From Eledone cirrhosa (Eukaryota), in the NCBI GenBank assembly GCA_964016885.1, contig OZ024740.1, positions 294,128,001 to 294,192,000 of the forward strand: a stretch of 64,000 nucleotides of DNA, read 5' to 3'. Below, piece after piece: positions 12,105-22,668 of this stretch (positions are counted from its first letter, which is position 1; each line of letters opens with the position of its first letter). Under the pieces are notes generated by a model, which was not told where the DNA came from, did no database searches, and saw only the letters and a list, made by a program, of their open reading frames with translations. A program made the position numbers and the translations under genes.

Positions 12105-13602
12105 CTACCAACAGAAAAAAAAAAATATCATGGAGAGGGAGTAAAATAACCATTATAGATAGAGATAGTCTATAAAGCAGTGTACCATTGCATCATGCAG
12201 ATTTTGACAGAAAATTATGTTAAGTACTGCACTACTAAAAGTTAACATGGTGATAGACTGGAGGCTACAGTGTTTGGCAATCAAATAGAGACAATATAGA
12301 ATGACTCTTTAGTCTGGACGAGCATGTGACAGCCTCTCTAGTGCTGGTGCCATGATGAAACTTACCCAGTACACCCTATAAAATGGTAGTGCCGGTGTCA
12401 TGACAAACACACCCAGTACATTCTGTAAGGTGGTTGGCATTAGGAAGAGCAACCATCAATAGAAATCAAGGAATGTAATGATGAAGATGAGGTCGCTCAG
12501 AGACATCTGGTCATGGAACGTGACAACCAGTACAATCCATGCCAGCATGGAAAGCAGATGTAAAATGAGGATGAGAGTGATATAATAGAATGCAGCTCAA
12601 GCTAAACAAGGATCCTTTCACTGTGTTTATTATGAAATCTAACAAAATTCTAATCTATAATCTGTGGCAGATGGAGACAAAGGACATCAGCAATTGGTTG
12701 ACAACTATGTCATTATATATTCTACTTGAAGTGTTAAAACTGACCTAACTCACATCCAAAGTATCCTGCAGGAGATTGATACTGACCATCACTGTCAGTT
12801 AGCCATAATCTCTAAGGATGACCATTGTAAGTAATTCAGCCTCCATCATCATCATCAACATTTAACGTTCATTTTCCCTGCTAGCAAGGGTTGGACAGAT
12901 CTTCATAAACTCCTTCAGTACTTAATAGGAGCCACTGATCTTTCAGATGGGCTGAGACCTCATCTTGCTAACCTATCTTCCTGCACTCTACAGAGTACAC
13001 CATGCAACTTATCATGGCACCAGCACTAAGGATGTCATCATGTTCTTAACCACAACTAAAGACTCCTCTCTACACTTTATTTGGCAAGTTTTCTATCGTT
13101 GGATGCCCGTTCTAACAATAACCACTTTACAGAGTGTACTGGGTGAATTTTATCATATCACAAACACTAAAGGTTGTTGTGCTTTGATACACTAAAGAGT
13201 CAAGAGTCTTTTCAACCCTTTTTGGCATGGTCTCTACAACTGTAAGCCCTTCCTTTCACTAACAATTTAGTATTTTAATGCAGTGTACATTGTTTTATAA
13301 ATAGTTTCACTAAACCTCATTAAAATAATTGTTTGAAATAAAAGAAATTTTATAAGAAATATAAGCAGGTATTATAATGGGGTATTACACCAGTTTAGTA
13401 TATCTGTATGAAACGAGGGTAAAACCAAATTATCCATCAGATGTAATTTCAAACTACCAACGAGATCACTACAATGTGACTCTGTATACACAGTCAACTA
13501 CGTGGTGGTGGTCAGGGTTTTTTCCCTACAATACCAAGTGTGGTAATTTGAGAAAGAAAGTAAAGTTAAACAGAAGTTGGCAGGTATTCAGTAAAACATT
13601 AC

Positions 13603-13689
13603 CTAATGTCTGTGCAAATGTGTCAGCAATCCAACTCATCTCTCTCTCACCAGTACCCATATCTGGAGCTGGTACATCAATACCTGGAC
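13603..13689 (-). CDS. GLUD1: Glutamate dehydrogenase exon 3
   Basis: tttgcag acceptor; [29 protein letters not shown]; donor GTAATG; 87 nt, phase 1-1. Confidence 0.96.
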
Positions 13690-13775
13690 CTGCAAAGAAA
13701 ATAAATCATTGTAATATATGACATAAATACTAAACTTCAAAACTTAGAATATCATTCATCAAAACCTGTTCACAT

Positions 13776-13989
13776 TTAACCCTTTAGCATTTAAACCGGC
13801 TGTATCCAGCCAGAATCCTCTCACCTTTTTCTGTTCAAACCAGCCATAACTGGCTGCTCATACTTATGTTAAGGTATTGTTCTCAAAATAAATAATATCA
13901 AAATCTCATAGATTCAATATTATGTGAGATAGAGTTTACCATGAAAATATAATAGTAAATATAGAGTAATGTAAATGCTGAAGGGTTAA
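13776..13989. mobile_element. piggyBac-type MITE (family A), copy 3
   Basis: TTAACCCTTTAGCATTT...AAATGCTGAAGGGTTAA. Confidence 0.87.
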
Positions 13990-15262
13990 TACATGTAGTC
14001 TTTAGTATATTGCAATGTGTGTATCACATGATACAATATCAACATCATCATCACAATTTAATGCTTGCATGGATTAGATAGGTTGTCATGTTATGAGACA
14101 ATTCAGGTCAGGTAACCATGTCTTACTCATACAGATCTGTATTTTGGCTTGGTTTCTACAGTTGGATGCCCTTCACAGTCTAAACTGGGTGCTTTTTCAT
14201 GTCACCAGCACCACCACCTTACAAAGTGGACTGGGTGTTATTTTCGTGTCACCAATATGACCACTTTATAGCCAGGATAAACTGGGTTCTTAGTTGTTGT
14301 AGAACCAAATCATCATACAAGGTGGACTTTGTGTTTTTTTTTCTTAAAACTGGTCTGGCAGAGGTGGTTTATTGGGGGTGAGGAATGAGGGTTGGGTGCA
14401 ACAAATATACAAGTTCGACATGGATGAGGTACGGAAGTTATTTAGCTGGTGAGGGGGGGGGGGGGGGGGGTATATAATGACTGGGGTGAGGTGGGGTGGA
14501 ACTGAAGAGCAGAAGATTGAGCCAGGCTAGTGTTTTTTACATGTTTGTTTCATTTCGTACCCATGGGAAGATGGGTCTTCTGCAGTACAGCATAACGCCA
14601 GAGATCGCGATCCTGTGTCATCTCCTTTCTGAGGTTTAACTGGGCATGGTCAGCTCTTATCATTTCACCTCAATCTTTCCTAGGTCTTGCTCTTTCATAG
14701 TTTCCGTTGACTGAGTGCCCTGCATCTTTTTATACCACTGTCATCCTCTATAAGTATCACATGTCCACTTATTCCTAGGATGATCGTGGAGTCAGAGTTC
14801 TCAAACAAGCTTTCGAGAGGATCTTAACAGAAGCAGCTATCTCCAATTGACCTGGCTGGATCCCCAGTGAGATCAAGCTCATAGATGTTATCCAACCATC
14901 TTGCATGTAGTCTACCCCTGTGTCTCCCGCTAGTTGACTTTGCTCCATTTCATAGTCTTATACAGTATACAGCTCATAGTCTTATACAGTATACAGCTCA
15001 TAGATGTTATCCAACCATCTTGCTTGTGGTCTACATCTGTGTCTCTTGCTAGTTGACTTTGCTCCATTTCATAGTCTTATACAGTATACAGTGATATGTA
15101 AATTCCAAATTAGGAAACAGAAGACACTGTGTAATATTACATTACATAATGTTACATCACACAATATCATATTACATATGATATTACTGTACTCTGCAGT
15201 GTTATTCACATTCACAATGCAATAATTTCAATTTACAGCAGCATCTAAATTTTACACAATGA

Positions 15263-15601
15263 AGTGTGGTATAGGTTGTTAGGTATGTCAGGTGTGGTAT
15301 AGGTTGTTAGGTACGTCAGGTGTGGTATAGGTTGTTAGGTACGTCAGGTGTGGTATAGGTTGTTAGGTACGTCCGGTGTGGTATAGGTTGTTAGGTACGT
15401 CAGGTGTGGTCGAGGTTGTAAGGTACGTCAGGTGCGGTATAGGTTGTAAGGTACGTCAGGTGTGGTATAGGTTGTAAGGTACGTCAGGTGTGGTATAGGT
15501 TGTTAGGTACATCAGGTGTGGTATAGGTTGTAAGTTACGTCAAGTGTGGTATAGGTTGTAAGGTACGTCAGGTGTGGTATAGGTTGTAAGGTACATCAGG
15601 T
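15263..15601 (+). repeat. 28-bp minisatellite, about 12 copies
   Basis: Unit GGTGTGGTATAGGTTGT(T/A)AGGTACGTCA. Confidence 0.95.
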
Positions 15602-15775
15602 AAATCTGTGTCTTGACATATATAAACTCTTCTTTATTCACTTCTAAATATTTACAAGAAATGCACATGTGCACACACACACAGCAACACTATCTCACAC
15701 ACACACACTGTCAATGCTTCACTAACATTGTTCAACTTCCAAGAAGTAAAAAAAAAGAACTCGTTAAGAAAGAAT

Positions 15776-16026
15776 TTAACCTTTTTGATACCATCCTGCC
15801 CCAAACCACTTTTGCTTCTATGAAACAAACCCACTCATTATAAAGGATTGCTATGTAAATTATAATCTTCCAACATAATTTCATATAAGAACCTTTAGTA
15901 AAATTATGTTGCAAATATCATCTTAATAATGAAATAAATAATAATTTTAGTACACCCCTCTAAATTCTTTATTAATTAATTAAAATACAGAGAATTTAAT
16001 TAGAAATATAGTAATGGAAGGGTTAA
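15776..16026. mobile_element. Older TTAA-flanked piggyBac-like MITE (family B)
   Basis: TTAACCTTTTTGATAC...GTAATGGAAGGGTTAA; related sequence at about 16050-16283, 24788-24960 (reverse), 36615-36900 and 5427-5587. Confidence 0.7.
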
Positions 16027-16810
16027 AAACCAAAGTTAGAGAGATCACATTAGTTACCACCCCAGCCAAAACCAGCTCTGGTTCTATGAAATAAATCCAC
16101 CCATTTTAAAGGTTTCTAATTTAAATAAAAATCTTCGAACATAATTTTATATAAAGAAACCTTACATTAAGTTACTATCTTAGTAATGAAATAATTAATA
16201 ATTTTAGTAATTACTTCAAAATTCTTCATTAATTAATTAAAATAGAGTGTCTTTCATAAGAATGGCAGTCGTAAAAGGGTGAACTATGAGAATATCATGA
16301 TCACAACTCATTATATTTAAGGTTATATGTTCTTTTGTCTAATTGTAAAAACCTTATAGAGTTCTGTGTCATGAAACTCTCCAAGGTCACAATGTTTTAT
16401 CTGAGGTTGCTTTTTTATATTTATAGATAAAAATTAAACATTAATTACCTCTTCTCACTGCACATGCTTACTCTCACAGGCAAGTTTAAATCTATTCTAT
16501 TTAATGACTATATACTGTTTAATATTTTTTTTTATTTAGGCACAAGGCCAGCAATTTCTGAGTGGAGGAGAAAATTGATTATATCAACCCCAGTACTTGA
16601 CAGGTACTTTATTTTATTGACCTCAGAAAGATGAAAAGTAAATTTGATCGTGGTAGGATTTGAACTCATCATCATCATCGTTTTACATCCGATTTTCCAT
16701 GCTTGCATGGGTTGGACAGGTCTTCTTCATGATGGTTACCTTAGAACCAAACAACATGAGAACAGGTGAAATTAAAAAAAGAAATAATAATTATTCATTA
16801 TTTTACTTAC

Positions 16811-17011
16811 CTATAAAACCTTTTTTAGACAATTCAACAGCCAATCTACGAGTAATCTTTTCAAGTTCATTTTCACTGTATTTACCAGGATCAATGCGAA
16901 CACCAGCTTTTGCTCCCCCAAATGGCACATCAACACATGCACATTTATAGGTCATAAGAGCAGCCAAAGCTTTGACCTCATCCAAGTTGACATCCATACT
17001 AAAACGTATAC
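16811..17011 (-). CDS. GLUD1: Glutamate dehydrogenase exon 2
   Basis: ttacag|GT ATA CGT; encodes [37 protein letters not shown]...ELSKKGFI, including the catalytic Lys motif GGAKAG; donor GTAAGT; 201 nt. Confidence 0.97.
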
Positions 17012-18371
17012 CTGTAACAAAATATTATAAAGAGGAAAATGAATCAGTTTTTGTGTTTGTTATATAAATTGATAGTAATTTGTTCTATTTATTATTATTA
17101 GTTGTATTTGTCCTGTTTATTGTTTCTGCTCTAGATTTATATTGTGTCTATATTGCTCTATTTCTATTGTCTTGTACAGATCTCATGTATCCTAATTTGT
17201 TTTCATAAATAAAAAGAATACAAATGTAACAATGGCGATGAAATATTTGAAATCTAGATGAGCCAACACTGGCAGCAACATGGTTGGTTGTTTAAAGCAA
17301 ACAAAGGATTAAAAAAATGTTACTCAAGAACAGATGATGGTACATTTCTTTTCTCAATGTGGTGATGATGTCTTGGTAAAAATTGCAGGTATAATCTTTC
17401 AAAAGAATGTTGAGAAATGCTTGTTTGGCTTTGATATGAATGAAATACAATGTCATATTAAACCCAATGAAAAGCTTATTATAACTGTGCAGCTGAAGCT
17501 TTTTTAAATGAAGTAGCTGCAATCAGAATTACCAAAGTATTTTCTGATGAGAATAAATGGTCAGGCTCCTTATCAAGAACAGATTATTAAGGTTGTTTTT
17601 TTTTTGTGGCAGGAATGTCATCACTTAATATTAAAATGAAGTTACTGGATGACATTTGAGTAAAGAATGACACATCTATGACAGAAGTGTCAAGTCCTGT
17701 GCCGATTACTTATTGACAAGAGTTTGCTTTTAAGCACTGTTGAGAAGATAGTCTCAAACATTTGCAGTTGTGCCTGAGAAAAGTCAAACTAATCACCATA
17801 CTCTAAAAATGAAATTGTAGATTACATATCCAGCATTTTGGAAAATATGATATGAATGGGGAAGAAAAAATCCTTTAAAAAGTTTTTGTTTGGCCAGCAA
17901 CATTAACTTCATTAGAGATGGCTCATTATGGAACACTCCTAAACAGAAATCAATGGATGTCAAAAGATGTGAGAGAAATGATTCTAATGATGAGGATAAT
18001 GAAAAAGAAAGGGTATTGGAATATTAACCTTTATAAGACAGATAAATTCATTATTAAGGTTACATGTTCAGTGAATGGTGTTAATGTTCCAATGCAAATC
18101 AACACTGAAGCTATATGTTTGATCTTACCATTTTATTTGGCTAACAAGTTGCAACAAACCGTTAATGACACTGATTGAATTTTAACAAACATTGATGGAT
18201 CTAACCTTTGTCTTCTTAGTTAAACTAATACAAATATTAAATATTACAATGTAGACATTGCTCATGTATTCATTTTGAATGATGCACCGTATAACTTTAG
18301 ATTGGTTAGTCATGACATTATGAATCTAGATAAACATTTTCTTATGCACTGAATACCTGTAATTATGGGGT

Positions 18372-18392
18372 TTAACCCTTTAGCATTTACAT

Positions 18393-18446
<54 letters not shown>

Positions 18447-18624
18447 TATTGTATTTTCACGGTAAAGGCTTTATCTCACATAATATCGAATCTATGAGAT
18501 TTTGATATTTATTTTTAGAACAATACCTTAACATCAGCATGAGTGGCCAATTACAGCCAGTTTGAACAGAAAGAGGTAACAGAATTATGGCCAGATATGG
18601 TCAGTTTAAATGCTAAAGGGTTAA
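18372..18624. mobile_element. piggyBac-type MITE (family A), copy 4, opposite orientation, with (TA)n expansion
   Basis: Intact TIRs and TTAA ends; inserted into the Gypsy relic. Confidence 0.87.
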
Positions 18625-20791
18625 GGTAAACATAAAGATAAAGGATCATAATGATAAATTTTGTTCTACTTGTCCCATCCCTATTCATTTATACCAAGAA
18701 GTTAAGGAGGAACAATATAGGCTCAAATCCATGGCTATTATAACTGAATGTGATTATAAAGGTGTAAAGAATGCATCAGCTACTGTATGGGTTTGCAAGT
18801 CTGATGGTGCTCTAATAATGTGCGCTGACTACAAAGTATCATCATCATCATCATCATCGTTTAACGTTCATGTTCCACGCTTGCATCTCTAACAAAATAC
18901 ACCCCCATCCCACCACCCCCACCCCATCCACACCGCCCCTTTCAATGTAAAGTTATGTTGGTGCCACAACATCCAGGCCGAAACAAATGAGATCGTGTAG
19001 GTGTCACGACAAAAAACACACAGTCCACGCTGTAATGTGGCCGTGTAGGCAACATGGTAAAAACCTCCCAGTCCCACACTGTAAATGTGGTTGGTGTTAG
19101 GAAGGGCATCCAGCTGTAGAAAACCCGCCAGACAGTCCTATGCGAGCAAGACAACCACTCTTGCCTCAAGTGGGAAAACTCCCGTCCAAACCCATGCAAG
19201 CGTGGAACATGGACGTTAATTGCATTTGAACAAATTCACATCCCACACCAATCATAGTCTTTGCAGAGTGAGAAAAAGCTTGATGTATGCCATGGGTTAG
19301 GATGAAGTGAAAGAGATATGTGTAATTAATGTGACAAATGAGGTCTACTTAGTAAACAGATTACAAATAGAGTTAAAGAATGCAAGCTCTATTCGTCAAG
19401 AAAATATTATTGGTAACATTCCTGGAATAAAGATATTCCAAAATAATATAGTAATTCATGCAGAGATTTATCAAAATTAAAGAGTAGGGAAAACTTAGGT
19501 TTCCTAATAAATATATTTTTCAGGAGACAGTCGATAGATTTGACGGGGTTTCTACAGCTGGGTTGCCATTAATGAGAACCTTTTCATGGCACGTACAGAA
19601 ACTTTTTATTGTGACACTACTACCACCTGACAAGAACACAGGGGACTTTTTATTGTGGCACCAGCACTACCATTATATCAAATCTAGAACACAATAAACT
19701 GAACAAATACAACAATTCACAAAAAAGCAGATATAACAAATTACAATAAATCTATATGATAATCAATCTCCCTCTTCAAATTGTGATGATTTCTGTATGC
19801 TATTCACAATTATTTTACTTCTTCACAGACCTGTACAACTCAAATCTACCATCATAAATATGTTTTGCTGATCATGGGCCTTATCTACTTCATCATAAAG
19901 TAGAGCAAAGGACTATAAATGCCATAAATGAGAGGAAAAGGAAGGGGGAAAGCAAGGACTCTAGGGCCACAGAAGAAAGGAAGGTGAGAGGGTGTTTGGC
20001 TCTGAGCCTAGGGTGTGGCAATGTTGGGGCTGCACTCTGTGGACACAACTGCAAAAGCCACCCCACCTCGTGGGTCTCCTTCTTCAGACGGGCTGCTGAT
20101 GTTCCGATCTTATGGAGCAGTACAAAGTCCAAGTATGCCTGATGTTTCCACGGCAATCAGTGCAAAGAGGGAGCAGCCAGACAATCCCCGATATTTGTTT
20201 GTCTTTTCCTCTGCATTGCAGGCCACAGTTTTTAGATGTTTAAAAGAGTCAATTTTATTGGTCAGACAAATGCAGCATTTAATAAATTGAAGGATATTCT
20301 AATTAACAAACTAATATTAAAACTGTTTCATTGGAAGAAAATACTCATCAGAAACAGTGAAATTGTTTTAATGTTGATATTCTCACAATTTTGAGTTACT
20401 GAATATTTAGTTTCTGACAATGAGCCAAAAGTTGTTTATCTCATTGAATGACTGAGTAAGATGAGAAGAAAACTGAAACACTCATATAAACTGCCATCAA
20501 ATGAAACAGCTGAAAGGGCAATTCAAACTATAAAGCATTCTCTTAATACCATACCAAAGTCATACCAATTTGATTATTATCTGAACAGGATATGTAATGA
20601 GAGGTCTGCTTCAGGGAGATTGTTGGATCTCTCCTGTAGAAAGGTTTCTTGTCAGACCACTAAGAATTGTAGTAACATATTGAAGTTGGAGAGGAAATTA
20701 GATATAAAAATTCCATATTAAAGGAGGCTGAACCAGTCAAGTATTTAGTACATGCTGGAAGGAATGCTGCATGGATAAGCAGAAATAATAA

Positions 20792-21172
20792 TTGTTTCTA
20801 CTTTTGGCACAAAGCCAGCAATCACCCAGTACATTACTGGTACTTTATTTTATCGATGTAAGGATGAAAGGCAAAGTTAAGCTCGCTGGGATTTGAACTC
20901 AGAATGCCGTAACTCCATGGCGTCCGACCCTCTACCGATACGGCCAATCCAAATGGTTTCTGATTTAGGCACAAGGCCAGGAATTTTTGTGGAGGGGAAA
21001 GTCAATTAAATCAACCCCTGTGCATTACTGGTACTTTATTTTATTGACCCCCGTAAGGATGAAAGGCAAAGCTAACATCGGCAGGATTTGAACTCAGAAC
21101 ATAAAGGGCCATAGCTATATGTAGCCAAGCATGTTGTCCGACGCTCTACCAATACTGCCAATCCACTGCCCT
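20792..21172 (-). mobile_element. Dimer of two tRNA-derived SINEs within a single TSD
   Basis: Two B-box plus core units head to tail; TSD CAGAAATAATAA at 20780-20791 and 21173-21184. Confidence 0.8.
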
Positions 21173-21319
21173 CAGAAATAATAAGGGTCAACTGGCATTA
21201 ACTGAACAATCATCTCATTGCTAAAAATAAGAATTCACATTTATCTGACATGAGGCATGTTGTTTCAAAAACAAGTGTATATCACCTATGAAAGAATATT
21301 CACTGAAGAAACATGATGA

Positions 21320-21800
21320 AGACTGGAGTCAGCAGGACTCGACCGTGGAGATGGCAAGCGCCCCAACATTATTACCCTCTTCCCATTCGAAGGAGGCAGA
21401 TCCTTCATCTGGGATGCTACTTGTGACACGTTCTCTGCCTTCAATTTAGTCATTCGGCCACAAATCCCAGTACTGCGGCCCGCAATGCAGAGGAAAAGAC
21501 AAACAAATATCGGCGATTGTCTGGCTTCTCCCTCTTTGCACTGGTTGCTGCCGAGACATCAGGCATACATGGACTTTGTACTGCTCCATAAGATCGGAAC
21601 ATCAGCAGTCCGTCTGAAGAAGGAGACCCGCGTGGTGGGGTGGCTTTTGCAGTTGTGTCCACAGGGTGCAGCCCCAACACCACCACACCCTAGGCTCAGA
21701 GCCCATCACCCTCTCACCTTCCTTTCTTCTGTGGCCCTAGAGTCCTTGCTTTCCCCCCTCCTTTTCCTCTCATTTATGGCATTTATAGTCCTTTCCTCTA
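21320..21800 (+). mobile_element. 3' fragment of a CRE-like non-LTR retrotransposon (restriction-like endonuclease)
   Basis: GLDRGDGKRPNIITLFPFEGGRSFIWDATCDTF matches the DGKRPDG...WDAT RLE signature; followed by AARNAEEKTNKYRRL. Confidence 0.7.
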
Positions 21801-22425
21801 CTTTCCCATACAGCCAGATCTGCCCTTCTTTACCTCTTCCTATTTTCTCATTACTTAATTTTACTTTTATCTTTCTTTTTCATATATATGTAATCATCAA
21901 TGGTTTTTAAGCCAACTTTGTGAATATTTGTAATGTTATTTATAGAACTGTGAATAGCAAAAAATTATGTAAAAGGTCATAAAACTTCATTATGATGAAG
22001 TAGATAAGGCCTATGATCAGCAAAACATATTTATGATGGTAGATTTGAGTTGTACAGGGCTGTGAAGAAGTAAAAGAATTGTGAATAGCATACAGAAATC
22101 ATCACAATTTGAACAGGGAGATTGATTATCATATAGATTTATTGTAATTTGTTATATCTGCTTTTTTGTTATTAATTGTTGTATTTGTTCTGTTTATTGT
22201 GTTCTAGATTTGATATAATGTTAGTGCTGGTGCCACAATAAAAAGTCCCTTGTGTTCCTTGTCAGGTGGTAGGATTAGTGTCACAATAAAAAATTTCTGT
22301 ATATGCCATGAAGAGGTTCTCATTAAGAAGGGCAACCCAGCTTGAGAAACCCTGCCAGAATGGAGATTATGAGCAAAACAGTCAACTGACTTGCCTAACC
22401 TTAGAACATGACAATTTGTCTAACC

Positions 22426-22668
22426 CAGAGGTTCTCAAAGTGGGTGCTGGGGCCTAAGGGGCCAGGGTGGTAGAGATGATATATTAATATATTAAATATC
22501 AAATAATACATATTATATATAAATATAGTAATATTAAAAAAATATATTTATACATACTATATATTATATTATTTATTATATATAAATTAACGATTTTATT
22601 TATTATATATTATTAAAAATTTGCATGTAGGGTTGGGGAGCAGTGACCAAAAAAATTGAGAACCTCTG
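22426..22668. mobile_element. hAT (Charlie-like) MITE with 8-bp TSD
   Basis: TIR CAGAGGTTCTCAA / TTGAGAACCTCTG; perfect TSD GTCTAACC at 22418-22425 and 22669-22676; AT-rich core. Confidence 0.9.

Noticed and set aside
14452-14470. Poly-G run (also 37383-37396)
   Set aside because: Homopolymers within repeats; length is unreliable and there is no evidence of function
14875-15090. Local tandem duplication (also about 28085-28280)
   Set aside because: Ordinary short duplications of intronic or repeat-derived sequence
19545-22355. Long inverted repeats around an integrase relic, suggesting a Ginger or Polinton-type element
   Set aside because: The arms are chimeras of unrelated repeats and the integrase is collinear with the Gypsy pol
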